Shown here piece after piece: positions 7,575-16,772 of a DNA stretch of 52,664 bases. The position numbers and the translations under genes are program-made. Below the pieces are notes generated by a model, which was not told the origin of the DNA, did not search any database, and was given only the letters and a program-made list of their open reading frames with translations. The DNA comes from Verrucomicrobiota bacterium (lineage in GTDB: Bacteria; Verrucomicrobiota; Verrucomicrobiia; Chthoniobacterales; Terrimicrobiaceae), in assembly GCA_009886045.1 (NCBI GenBank), contig VFJO01000179.1, positions 1 to 52,664 on the forward strand. The letters are read 5' to 3'. Position 1 is the first letter of the stretch; each line of letters begins with the position of its first letter.

Positions 7575-8143
7575 GCGTTGGGCTGTGCGAGTGTGGGTAA
7601 GGCTCCTGCGAGGATCATGAGGTTACCGTTGTCGATCTTGAATTCGTAGGTGTAAAGACCACGGGGCGGCGGGCCGGCGGCTCGCTCCCCGTCCTCGTAG
7701 TAGGCTCCGCCGTGGCAGGGACACATGAAAAGTTTGGACTCCTCGAACCAGCGAACCGGGCAACCGAGATGAGCGCAATTGATGGCGAAGACTTGGAACT
7801 CATTGCCTTTGATGCGGCGCACCCAGCAAGGGATGTCGGCGGTCGAGCCATCCCAGGAACGGTGGAAGGGATTTTTGTAGTTGCCAAGGCGAGTTTTGCC
7901 TTCGGGAAATTTTTCGACGGATCCGAGGATAACCCAATCGAGTTCATGGGGTTTCAAGAAGGACGAAAAAACGTAACCGAGAAGCGGGATGCCTACGGCT
8001 GCGCCGGCGATGGCATTGAGACCTAACCCGAGGGCAAGCATGAATTCGCGACGGGTCTTTTTTTTCGGATCCTCGCAGGGAGTGGAGGGGGAGCAAGCGC
8101 ATGGGGCGTCGGTGATCGGAGCTTGGTCGGATTCTTGGTTCAT
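7571..8143 (-). CDS. qcrA: Rieske [2Fe-2S] subunit
   Basis: It has a Tat-like signal (KKKTRREFMLALGL) and the Rieske boxes CAHLGCP and CPCHGG. There are 4-bp ATGA overlaps with both neighbouring genes. Confidence 0.9.
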   Translation of the reverse strand: MNQESDQAPITDAPCACSPSTPCEDPKKKTRREFMLALGLGLNAIAGAAVGIPLLGYVFSSFLKPHELDWVILGSVEKFPEGKTRLGNYKNPFHRSWDGSTADIPCWVRRIKGNEFQVFAINCAHLGCPVRWFEESKLFMCPCHGGAYYEDGERAAGPPPRGLYTYEFKIDNGNLMILAGALPTLAQPNA

Positions 8144-8847
8144 TTGTTGGCAGGTGAAGACGTGGGCGCTTGGTTAAATTCGTTGAGGCGGTGGGAGGAC
8201 AACCAAGCGGTGATGTTTGCAACAGAAGCTGGTGTCATCGGGGTGGCAGGATCGCGATTTGCAAAATCGGGGCAGCCGAGCTCGGGTCGACCGGCAATGG
8301 TCACAGTGCGAAGGTATTGGTCGCTGACGAGATTGAGGTAGTTTTTATCGACCACAGAGCCAGCTTTGGGTCCGCCCGAGCCATCGTTTCCGTGGCAGGA
8401 GGCGCAGGACTGGCTGAAGGCTGCCTTGCCGGCAGCGACATCTCCGAGGGGCGCACTGTAAGGAGGGATCGGCGCGGTGGGGAGTTTGGAAACATCTCTC
8501 CAAGCGATCAGGCCTTTGACAATTGTCTCAATCTGCTCGTTGGAGAGCGAGCCGCCATTTTCGATGGCGAGGGCCGGCATGTTGTGACCGGGAACTCCTC
8601 CTGCAGTAATAGAGCGAAGTTTATCCTCTGAGACGATGGAAAGATACAGCGGGTTTTTTAGAGTGATTGAGCCAGCGATCGACTTCCCATCCCCATGGCA
8701 GCCAAGACAATTTTGAGCGTAAAGATTGGTAAACCCCGAAACATCGGCTGGCGACTTCCATTTATCTGCGAGTGTGGGTTTTCCCGGTGGATTGCAGGAC
8801 GCGAGCGTGAGGGCTAAAACTGGAGTGAAGAAAAGCGCTTTTTTCAT
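8140..8847 (-). CDS. qcrC: Dihaem cytochrome c lipoprotein
   Basis: It has a lipoprotein signal (LALTLASC) and two CxxCH motifs (CLGCH, CASCH). There are 4-bp overlaps on both sides. Confidence 0.85.
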   Translation of the reverse strand: MKKALFFTPVLALTLASCNPPGKPTLADKWKSPADVSGFTNLYAQNCLGCHGDGKSIAGSITLKNPLYLSIVSEDKLRSITAGGVPGHNMPALAIENGGSLSNEQIETIVKGLIAWRDVSKLPTAPIPPYSAPLGDVAAGKAAFSQSCASCHGNDGSGGPKAGSVVDKNYLNLVSDQYLRTVTIAGRPELGCPDFANRDPATPMTPASVANITAWLSSHRLNEFNQAPTSSPANK

Positions 8848-9665
8848 GAGTTTTCCTCAGGAGCTTCGATGCCGAGCTTCGCGGCTAGTGTGAGCGATTG
8901 CATGGTTTCCACTTTTTCCTCTTTAAAGACGACGAAGCCGCAAACCATTCCAAAAGCGACCTGACAGACGATGAACCATGGCCAGTCAACATGAACAGCG
9001 AGTGCGGGATTGATGAAACGAATGGTGGCAAAGAGAAATCCGCTCCAGATGAGGGGCGTCATGATTCCACCCCAAAACCATTCGAATTTTGCGGGAAGCA
9101 TTGGGAGAAGAACGATGTAAAGAAGTCCAATCATGATGGATACGGAACCGTGACTGATGACGGCCACGATAAATCCGAGGAGATTAAATTGAGACAGGGC
9201 AGCTTGGGAGGCCTCGGCCAGTGAGGGCACAGCGGCTGCCGAGAGAAGATTCACCGGATACCAGATGCTGCCATATTTAAAGAAACCCCAAGCGCACGCA
9301 AGAATGGCCATGGCTACGGCACCTACAATACCACCTTTGACGCCTGCCATGAGGGGCGGCACTTCCACAGGAAGGCGCATGCGATGACCGAGATGGCCGA
9401 TTTTGAGATACTTGATGGAGCGCGCCGTGGTGTGAGGTTCTGGAGCTTCCTCGAGCGGTACGGCGTAGTGCTTCGGGTGCGGAAAAACATCGAGGAACCA
9501 GCCGGCGAATCCGGCAAGGCATACCAGAACGCCAAGAAATGTGATGAAGAAGCTTGTTACAAGGCCCGCAAAAAGGAGTACCAAGCCGAAGGCTGCAATG
9601 ATTGGCCAACCGGTGGGTTCGGGAATTTCAACAAATTTGGGGTCTTCCGAGTCGGGATTAATCAT
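8844..9665 (-). CDS. Polytopic membrane protein of unknown function between ctaE and qcrC
   Basis: The ORF track gives 8844..9722. The ATG at 9665 (MINPDSEDPKF) overlaps the ctaE stop as ATGA, so I take it as the start. There are about 6-7 hydrophobic helices, and I recognise no family motif. Confidence 0.7.
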   Translation of the reverse strand: MINPDSEDPKFVEIPEPTGWPIIAAFGLVLLFAGLVTSFFITFLGVLVCLAGFAGWFLDVFPHPKHYAVPLEEAPEPHTTARSIKYLKIGHLGHRMRLPVEVPPLMAGVKGGIVGAVAMAILACAWGFFKYGSIWYPVNLLSAAAVPSLAEASQAALSQFNLLGFIVAVISHGSVSIMIGLLYIVLLPMLPAKFEWFWGGIMTPLIWSGFLFATIRFINPALAVHVDWPWFIVCQVAFGMVCGFVVFKEEKVETMQSLTLAAKLGIEAPEENS

Positions 9666-10261
9666 GGTTGCACACGAACGCTGAGGAAATAAACGACGGT
9701 CAGAACGACGATCCAGATGCAATCGACGAAGTGCCAGTAGTATGAGATGGCTTCGACATGCTCGGTGTGATCGGAGTGCAGACGACCACGAAGCGAGGAG
9801 ATCAAAATACCAAGAAGAAGGAGCACGCCCACAATCACGTGGAAAGCGTGAAGTCCAACAAGCGAGTAGAATGTTGTGCCAAATGTATTTGTGGAGATCA
9901 AGAGATTTTTTTCAAAGATCAAGTGGTGCCACTCCGCACCTGTGAAATAGAGGAAGTAAATGCCAAGGGCAGTCGTGATACCCCACCAGAGGGAAAAGCC
10001 GGGTTTATTTCCGGCAAGGAGGCAACGCTCTGCCATGAATATTGTGCCACTGCTACTGAAGAGCGCTAGAGTTCCAAGAAGGGGAAACTCGAGCACCTCT
10101 GAAGGATACGGTCCGTTGAGGCTTTTCCCCATGTAAAAGAGGTAGGCTACTACGAAAATGGTGAATAGCGCCGACTCTGCTAGGATGAGCGTGAGGATAC
10201 CGAACTTCCTTGCGGATGGCAATTTCCAGTCGGCGGGATTTTCTGTGGTCGCAGAGTTCAT
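9662..10261 (-). CDS. ctaE: Cytochrome c oxidase subunit III
   Basis: This 199-aa multi-TM protein carries haem-copper oxidase subunit III blocks (FFTGAEWHHLIF.., GLHAFHVIVG, YWHFVD.IW). It has a 4-bp overlap with ctaD. Confidence 0.85.
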   Translation of the reverse strand: MNSATTENPADWKLPSARKFGILTLILAESALFTIFVVAYLFYMGKSLNGPYPSEVLEFPLLGTLALFSSSGTIFMAERCLLAGNKPGFSLWWGITTALGIYFLYFTGAEWHHLIFEKNLLISTNTFGTTFYSLVGLHAFHVIVGVLLLLGILISSLRGRLHSDHTEHVEAISYYWHFVDCIWIVVLTVVYFLSVRVQP

Positions 10262-11955
10262 TCGTGTTTCCAGTCCGGATCCTCCGGATGTTTGGCATCC
10301 CAGAGCGGGCGGCGGCTTTTGACAAGAGGGAGTTTAGCAAAATTGTATTCCGGCGGTGGCGAAGTCGTCGCCCACTCAAGAGTCCAAGCATCCCAGGGAT
10401 CGTCACCGGATTTTTTACCCCAGAAATAGGAATAGATCAGATTGTAAACAAAAAAGAGAATACCCGCAGACTGAATGGCTACGCCGATGGTGGAAAGAAG
10501 ATTCATTTCATCCCAACCGCGATCGCTTTGGTAAGTATAAATCCGTCGCGGCATACCTAAAAAGCCGAGGAAATGCTGCGGAAGGAAGGTGATGTGAAAA
10601 CCGATGGCAAAAAGCCAAAAATGCCATAACCCGAGCTTATGGTTAGGCAATTTCCCGAAGGCTTTCGGATACCAGTAATAAATTCCGGCGAAAATCGTGA
10701 ACAAGAGCCCACCGATAAGAATGTAGTGAAAATGAGCCACCACAAAATACGAATCACTCAGTTGCCAATCAAAAGGTGCGACCGCGAGCATGACGCCGGT
10801 AAGACCTGCGATGAGAAACTGGAAAAGAAAGGCTATACAGAAAATGAGAGGCAATTCAAATCGCAACTTGCCACCATACATGGTTGCGAGCCAATTGAAG
10901 ATTTTAATACCCGTGGGAATAGAAACAAGGAGCGTCGAAGTGACGAAGAACGCATTCGCGAGTGATACCATCCCAACGCAAAACATATGGTGGGCCCAGA
11001 CTCCTAAGCTGATAAAGGCGATAGCCACGACGGCAGCCACCATGACGGGATAACCAAAAATCGGCTTGCGCGAGAAGACCGGTATCACCTCTGAGGTGAT
11101 GGCAAAGGCTGGCATGATGAGTATATAAACCTCGGGGTGTCCGAAAATCCAAAAGAAATGCTGCCAGAGAACGGCGTCGCCACCTGCTTGCGTGTCAAAA
11201 AACTTGGCGCCAAGGTAGCGATCGAGCGAAATCATGATCTGACAAGCAGAAAGACATGGGAGAGCAAGGATTACAAGAAATGATAGGACCACCATGCACC
11301 ATACAAAAATCGGCAAACGGCCGAGTGTCATACCGGGACAGCGCATACAGAAAACTGTAACAAGGATGTTTAATGCGGTCGCCACGCTCCCGATGCCGCC
11401 GAGCAGAAGCGAGAGGGTCCAATAATCCGTACTATGGCCACGCGAGAAGGCTTTTGTAGTGAGCGGAGAGTAGGCGAACCAACCGACATCAGGCGCTGAG
11501 CCAGCAGCGTAAAGACCGGGTGCTCCGACGTAACTGAAATACAAGAGCAACCCGCTGAAGAAGAAAACCCAGAATCCGAAAGCATTCAGACGGGGGAACG
11601 CCATGTCCCTTGCGCCAATCATCAGAGGCACGAGGTAGTTGGCAAAGCCAAAGGCCATTGGCATGCCGACGAGAAAAATCATCGTGGTGCCGTGCATCGT
11701 GAAGCTCTGGTTATAAACATCCGGAGGCAAAAAGTGGTTATTGGGGAAAGCCAACTGCATTCGTATGAGACCGGCCAAAAGCCCAGCGATGACAAAAAAG
11801 AGAAGCCCCGCTGCGATATACATGAGACCTAGCTTTTTGTGGTCAACCGTGAAGACCAATTGCTGAATCACGCGAGTGAGCGAGCCCTTTTCGTCGCCCA
11901 CGTGCACGGGTGCTGGCATCCGGTAGTTTTCTTCGATGATAATTTCCTGAGCCAT
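10258..11955 (-). CDS. ctaD: Cytochrome c oxidase subunit I
   Basis: The 565-aa ORF carries canonical motifs (TVDHKKLGLMY, WFFGHPEVYILI.PAF, HHMF, VAHFHY). Confidence 0.95.
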   Translation of the reverse strand: MAQEIIIEENYRMPAPVHVGDEKGSLTRVIQQLVFTVDHKKLGLMYIAAGLLFFVIAGLLAGLIRMQLAFPNNHFLPPDVYNQSFTMHGTTMIFLVGMPMAFGFANYLVPLMIGARDMAFPRLNAFGFWVFFFSGLLLYFSYVGAPGLYAAGSAPDVGWFAYSPLTTKAFSRGHSTDYWTLSLLLGGIGSVATALNILVTVFCMRCPGMTLGRLPIFVWCMVVLSFLVILALPCLSACQIMISLDRYLGAKFFDTQAGGDAVLWQHFFWIFGHPEVYILIMPAFAITSEVIPVFSRKPIFGYPVMVAAVVAIAFISLGVWAHHMFCVGMVSLANAFFVTSTLLVSIPTGIKIFNWLATMYGGKLRFELPLIFCIAFLFQFLIAGLTGVMLAVAPFDWQLSDSYFVVAHFHYILIGGLLFTIFAGIYYWYPKAFGKLPNHKLGLWHFWLFAIGFHITFLPQHFLGFLGMPRRIYTYQSDRGWDEMNLLSTIGVAIQSAGILFFVYNLIYSYFWGKKSGDDPWDAWTLEWATTSPPPEYNFAKLPLVKSRRPLWDAKHPEDPDWKHE

Positions 11956-11967
11956 TGTGCAGTGATG

Positions 11968-13146
11968 CTACTTCAGAGTTTGGAGATAAGCCACAAGCGA
12001 GCTGAGTTGTTGAGGCGAAAGTTTCATGTCCGGCATGTAGCAGCCGGGTTTGAGAGAATCTGGGCTCAGAAGCCAATCGTGAAGATTCTCAGGCGTATTA
12101 AGCGCAACGCCGGCTCCCAGGGTCTGGCGAACAGCAAACTTGGTGAGATCCGGACCGAAGACCCCCTCAGCGGGTGAGGCGTCGATTTTATGACAATTCA
12201 CACAAGAGAGTGCGTAGAAATCTTTCTTGCCTTGGATTGCCAGAGCATCTTGGGGTTCGGTGGGGAGTTGTTTCTGATTGACAGCCCATTTTTCAAAGTC
12301 CTCTGGGGTTTGAACGATGACCCGGAGCAGCATATTCGCGTGTTGGGTTCCGCAGTACTCGGCACAATTTCCAACAAAGACGCCGGTCTTGTAAGGCTCC
12401 ACCCAAGTGTGATTGAGACGGTTGGGAACGAGATCGGTTTTACCGGCTAATTGAGGAACCCAGAAGCTGTGGATGACATCGGCAGACTCTAGGAACAAGT
12501 GCGTGGGGCGGGGAGGTCCGTTTTTGGAGCTCACCGGCACGTGAATTTCATTGGCTGTGGTGATGCCAAGATCGGGATACTGGACTTCCCACCACCACTG
12601 GTGGCCGATGAGTCGGATTTTGATGGCATCCTCTGGCATCGGTTGGTCCTGAATCTCCACAATCGAACGCGAGGAAACGAGAACGAGCACGAAAACAATC
12701 AAGCAAGGAATGACAGTCCAAGCCATTTCGATGTTATAGCTCCCGTAAACCTGGGGAGGTTCCTCGAGGTGGTCTTGCGGCCCACGGGGGCGGAATTTGA
12801 TCAAAACATAAACGAGGACTGCTACAACAACTGCGAAAATCCCAAAACAGATGAGGAGGACGAGGTAGGTTGGCTCCATGATCAACTCAGCGGGCCGCGA
12901 CTGGGGCTGGAAAATATCGGTCAAGCGATAGATGTCAGGCTTGGGAGAAGGCTCCGGTTGCTCTGCCAGCGCGGGAACTAGTGTCGATAAAATCACAATG
13001 CAAGCTGTGAACAACAAGCGAGCGGTTGTTGCAAAACCTGAAATGGATAATCTGGGCGACAGCACAGACTCTTTTAAATAAGCAAAGTGGGTAGGTGGAA
13101 AGTTTTTTTTAGTTAAACTTTCGTTACGCTCGGCCGGCAGATGCAA
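11968..13146 (-). CDS. ctaC: Cytochrome c oxidase subunit II with a fused C-terminal cytochrome c (caa3-type)
   Basis: The CuA motif is CAEYCGTQHANM and the C-terminal haem motif is CVNCH. The 5' end is uncertain: the track start at 13146 is a TTG, and a GTG near 13065 would give a cleaner signal peptide. Confidence 0.88.
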   Translation of the reverse strand: MHLPAERNESLTKKNFPPTHFAYLKESVLSPRLSISGFATTARLLFTACIVILSTLVPALAEQPEPSPKPDIYRLTDIFQPQSRPAELIMEPTYLVLLICFGIFAVVVAVLVYVLIKFRPRGPQDHLEEPPQVYGSYNIEMAWTVIPCLIVFVLVLVSSRSIVEIQDQPMPEDAIKIRLIGHQWWWEVQYPDLGITTANEIHVPVSSKNGPPRPTHLFLESADVIHSFWVPQLAGKTDLVPNRLNHTWVEPYKTGVFVGNCAEYCGTQHANMLLRVIVQTPEDFEKWAVNQKQLPTEPQDALAIQGKKDFYALSCVNCHKIDASPAEGVFGPDLTKFAVRQTLGAGVALNTPENLHDWLLSPDSLKPGCYMPDMKLSPQQLSSLVAYLQTLK

Positions 13147-13186
13147 AATTCGCGTCGAAGCGAATCGGCTTTTGAGGCCCTAAAAA

Positions 13187-14659
13187 TCAGGGCTTGAGAA
13201 TGGCAAATGTCTTTTGACTAGCGCGCTCGAGAAGCAGCAAAATACCGCCTTGCTTATCGGTTTCTTTCATCGCGGAATCAAAATCCTTCGAGCTCTGAAT
13301 GCGCATGCCGGCGGCCTCTATAATGATGTCTCCCAGTTCCAGACCGGCTACTGCGGCGGCGCTGAGTGGTTCCACGTGCGTTACAATAACCCCGCTGGTT
13401 TCTTTGCGCTGGATTTTCATTTCCTGCAAGAGCCCGAGAGAAATGTCGCTCACGGTCAGACCGGTCGAGCTGGGATCGACTGGCGCCTGATTTGGAGGGG
13501 AGAGAGGCACATTGCGATTTCCACGAGATGAGCGCGTGGAGGCTCGCACGAGTTTGTCGGGCTGCTCGCCAGTCTGCACGGAGATCCGAAGGGTTCGCCC
13601 CTTACGCCAGACCTCAAGCTCAACAGGCTGCCCGACATTTTTTCCAAGGATTTCACGTTGGAGGTCGGCCGAGACTTGAACCAATTTGCCATCCACTTTG
13701 GTGATAACATCTCCCAGGATGAGGTCACTGCGCTGAGCGGGGGCTCCAGGCTCAATTCCTCGAAGAACGACACCTTGCTTCACAGTGGGATAAATTTTCT
13801 GGAGTTGCCTGTCTTCCTCAATACTAGCAATCGAAATCCCCAACCAAGGACGGCTCACCCTGCCTTTAGCAATGAGTTGGTCGGCGATATGCTTTGCAGA
13901 GTTAATCGGAATGGCAAAGCCAACGCCTCGATTGATTCCGCTAATGAGGCTATTAATGCCTACAACGCAGCCTTCGACATCGCACAGCGGCCCGCCGCTA
14001 TTGCCGGGGTTTATCGAAGTATCGGTCTGAATAAATTCGTCGTAGTAACCGCCAAGCCCAAGGGTGCGGCCTTTGGCGCTAATAATGCCGGAAGTGAACG
14101 TGTACGGAAGTTCCATGGGAGTTCCGATAGCAAAAGCAAGCTCGCCCACGCGCAAGGCATCGCTATCGCCAAGCAATGCCACGTTCAGATCAGGTGCACT
14201 GATTTTGATAACGGCCACATCACTCCGCTCGTCAGTTCCGACCACTTCCGCCTCAAAGCGACGGCCATCTTGGAGTTTAACTTGAATCTCGCTGGCGTCG
14301 GCGACGACATGGTTATTGGTTAAAATGTAGCCGTCCTTACTAAAGATAAATCCAGAGCCGATGCTCGGTGCCGCATCGGGACTCGGGCCCGTCTCAGGAA
14401 TAACCCGGTAGGGAGCGCCATTAGGCCCTCGGAAAAAAAACTCCAGCCCACTGGGCAACCCAGAGACGGACTGGCTTGGCGACTGGCTTGCTTCGATGAC
14501 CACCACTGAGGGTGCCGCTTTTTCAAACACCGAAGCGAACGAGTTACTCAACTGGCGAAGCGCTGTCGGAACTGAGCCAGTTTGCGGCGTGTCGCCCTCC
14601 GCCGCGAGAGCATTGACGAGCGACAAACAGAGAAGTGGAAAAACTAATGCCTTTTTCAT
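13187..14659 (-). CDS. HtrA/DegP-family periplasmic serine protease with two PDZ domains
   Basis: The catalytic triad context is present (TNNHVV, D..A.IK, GNSGGPL). The start is taken at the ATG at 14659 (MKKALVFPLLCLSLVNALAAEG, a signal peptide) rather than the TTG at 14695. Confidence 0.9.
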   Translation of the reverse strand: MKKALVFPLLCLSLVNALAAEGDTPQTGSVPTALRQLSNSFASVFEKAAPSVVVIEASQSPSQSVSGLPSGLEFFFRGPNGAPYRVIPETGPSPDAAPSIGSGFIFSKDGYILTNNHVVADASEIQVKLQDGRRFEAEVVGTDERSDVAVIKISAPDLNVALLGDSDALRVGELAFAIGTPMELPYTFTSGIISAKGRTLGLGGYYDEFIQTDTSINPGNSGGPLCDVEGCVVGINSLISGINRGVGFAIPINSAKHIADQLIAKGRVSRPWLGISIASIEEDRQLQKIYPTVKQGVVLRGIEPGAPAQRSDLILGDVITKVDGKLVQVSADLQREILGKNVGQPVELEVWRKGRTLRISVQTGEQPDKLVRASTRSSRGNRNVPLSPPNQAPVDPSSTGLTVSDISLGLLQEMKIQRKETSGVIVTHVEPLSAAAVAGLELGDIIIEAAGMRIQSSKDFDSAMKETDKQGGILLLLERASQKTFAILKP

Positions 14660-14732
14660 ACGGCCTAAAAATACAACCACCAGGAGTGATTTCAAGGGGG
14701 AGCAATTAGATTTTTGCGGAAAAATAAAAAAA

Positions 14733-14761
14733 GCGAACCGAGTGGATCGGTTCGCTTTTTT
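14733..14761 (-). terminator. Rho-independent terminator (perfect 9-bp stem, A-run and T-run on either side)
   Basis: The sequence is aaaaaaaGCGAACCGAgtggaTCGGTTCGCtttttt, immediately downstream of the 14774..15052 gene. It could act in both directions. Confidence 0.8.
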
Positions 14762-14773
14762 GAAAAGAAGGAT

Positions 14774-15052
14774 TTATTGTTCGTCCTCTGCGACAACTTC
14801 CAGAATCTCATCTGCCTTACGGGAGAGGCGATTCGAAAGGATGAAGAAGCTCGGCACCCAGAGGCCGATAAAGATACCAAATCGCTCACCGTAAGCCCGG
14901 TTTTCTCTGGCTGCTGTGAACCAAGTGGCTATTGAGGCAATGATTGAGAGAAAACCGAGATAAAGACACACGTCTGATAGAATGCGCAGGTTTTCCCGAT
15001 TGTAGCTATCCCGAGCGGGCTGAAGGAACTTGTCAAATTTGGTTGTATCCAT
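14774..15052 (-). CDS. Small hypothetical membrane protein
   Basis: The ORF track gives 14774..15073 with a TTG start. The ATG at 15052 (MDTTKFDKF) is the likely start. It has two TM helices and is followed by a strong terminator. Confidence 0.6.
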   Translation of the reverse strand: MDTTKFDKFLQPARDSYNRENLRILSDVCLYLGFLSIIASIATWFTAARENRAYGERFGIFIGLWVPSFFILSNRLSRKADEILEVVAEDEQ

Positions 15053-15088
15053 AGGAATTGAGTATGTCTCCAACAGCTTGCCCTGTCA

Positions 15089-16768
15089 ATGAAATTGGCG
15101 TTAGCTGATCACCTCATGAAAAAAATCGCTATCGGCTCTCTCATAGCCGCGCTTCTCGTCCTTGGCGGTGTCATTTTATTTAAGCGATCTGGCGGAGAGT
15201 CCCAAGCGCCAGCATTGGCTCCAGCAGACACCGTGCTTTTTGTAAACATCCCAAATATCCCTCGCACGGGGTTTCGATGGATCGGCACCTCCCTCGCACA
15301 AATTGCAGCCGAGCCTGAGATGCAGGAGTTCCTGAAATTGCCGCTTAAAAATCTCACCGATGCTCCTTCGACCGGCGAGGTCAGCGGAGTGCTTGTGGCG
15401 CTCAAGCCGAGCAACATTTTTCTTGCCGCGACACAGGATGAAGCCCTAGGGGCGCAAGCTCTCCTAGGCTTCCAATTCTGGGGAAACCGCAAAGACTATG
15501 GCAACGCCATCACTCGCCTCCGCCAGGAATTGCCCAATGCCGGCCAGGAGCCGACAAAAGAAGTTCACAATGGCCTAGAAATTCTGGCAACCCAGCATGG
15601 CGACTTGATGCTCTACTCGGCTGCGGTCGGCCGTTGGGGATTTCTTTCGACGAATTTAGATCAAATAAAAAGCGCACTCGAGCGCGCCAGTGGTGCCTCG
15701 TCGCAGAGTTCGTTAAAAACAAATACACGCTTCCAGGCAGTCTCTGCCCGCTTGCCAGCTGAGCCGGAGCTGTTGTTTTTCTTCGAGCCTGAGAAAGCCT
15801 TGGACTCCTTACTCACACTGGGCCGATTGGCTGGAGCACGCGCAATTCCTTCGCAGGTGGAGGAACTCAAATCTGCCGAAGCCATCGGTGGGGCCCTGAA
15901 AATCGACGGTCTACTTCAACGCGACACCCTTTTCGTGCTGCGCCCATCACAGCCAGACTCGCTGACAAAACTGGGGTATCCCGCCATGCGTCTTACGACA
16001 AAAGACACAACTGTTTTTTTCGATATCGACCTGAATTTTGCCGCGCTTCCCGCCCTTGTAGAAGGTCTTACTGAGGCCTATCCGACATTGTCAGTTCTTG
16101 CCAAACCGATGGCAGATACGGTCGCTCAAATCTACGGCCCAGAATGCGCTCTTCTGGCAAGTTGGCCTGAGGGCAACATGGCTCCGAATCCAGTGCTTGC
16201 GATCACTACGAAAGATGCAGCCCGTTCATTGGATTTCCTCAAAAAAACAATTGGGATCGCTGAGGCAGCAAACCAGCAAGACTACAAAGGTCATACCCTT
16301 TTCACTTTTCCCACAGGGTATGCTTCTCTCTTCATGGCTCAAAGCGCCGACTTTCTCCTGCTGGGGATGAGCGCCGATACGATCGTGAATGCGATGGAGG
16401 TAAACAAAACCGGCGCAACGCTCCAGGACGCACCAGACTTCAAACAGGCCATGCCTGCGCTCGCTTCTGCCAACGAAGCCTTTTGCTACATTGATACACG
16501 CACCGTGTTTACGCGGCTTTACAACTCGTTCCTACCAGTCATCCGATTTGGAGCCGCTATGATGCCGGATCTGAAAAAAAGTCTGGATGTTTCCAAACTC
16601 CCAAAAGCTGAGACGATCGCGAAGCACTTGCCACCGATCGTGCTTTCGCAAAAACGCACAACAGAGGGAACGCTTGTGGAGTCCAGCGGGCCAATAACCA
16701 TGACTCAATTTCTCCTCCTCGGCGGAGCAGGAGCCATGGCGGCTCAGCAGAGCCTGCTTGGCAACTGA
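15089..16768 (+). CDS. Hypothetical membrane-anchored or exported ~550-aa protein
   Basis: This is a long clean ORF with an N-terminal TM or signal (IAIGSLIAALLVLGGVILF). An alternative ATG lies at 15116. From memory it resembles the DUF3352-type architecture, but this is not verifiable here. Confidence 0.7.
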   Translation: MKLALADHLMKKIAIGSLIAALLVLGGVILFKRSGGESQAPALAPADTVLFVNIPNIPRTGFRWIGTSLAQIAAEPEMQEFLKLPLKNLTDAPSTGEVSGVLVALKPSNIFLAATQDEALGAQALLGFQFWGNRKDYGNAITRLRQELPNAGQEPTKEVHNGLEILATQHGDLMLYSAAVGRWGFLSTNLDQIKSALERASGASSQSSLKTNTRFQAVSARLPAEPELLFFFEPEKALDSLLTLGRLAGARAIPSQVEELKSAEAIGGALKIDGLLQRDTLFVLRPSQPDSLTKLGYPAMRLTTKDTTVFFDIDLNFAALPALVEGLTEAYPTLSVLAKPMADTVAQIYGPECALLASWPEGNMAPNPVLAITTKDAARSLDFLKKTIGIAEAANQQDYKGHTLFTFPTGYASLFMAQSADFLLLGMSADTIVNAMEVNKTGATLQDAPDFKQAMPALASANEAFCYIDTRTVFTRLYNSFLPVIRFGAAMMPDLKKSLDVSKLPKAETIAKHLPPIVLSQKRTTEGTLVESSGPITMTQFLLLGGAGAMAAQQSLLGN

Positions 16769-16772
16769 TCTC

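Noticed and set aside
6699-7649. A 316-aa plus-strand ORF, together with several 60-200-aa ORFs on both strands, across the cytochrome b / Rieske genes.
   Set aside because: It is antisense or out of frame to genes with unambiguous cytochrome b and Rieske motifs. The sequence is low-complexity and Asp/Glu/His/Arg-rich. I treat it as a GC-driven shadow ORF.
13147-13195. Two short hairpins (attcgc-N6-gcgaat and gccct-N7-agggc) downstream of htrA, as a possible terminator.
   Set aside because: The stems are only 5-6 bp with a weak U-tract. They also overlap the uncertain 5' end of ctaC, so support is too weak to annotate.
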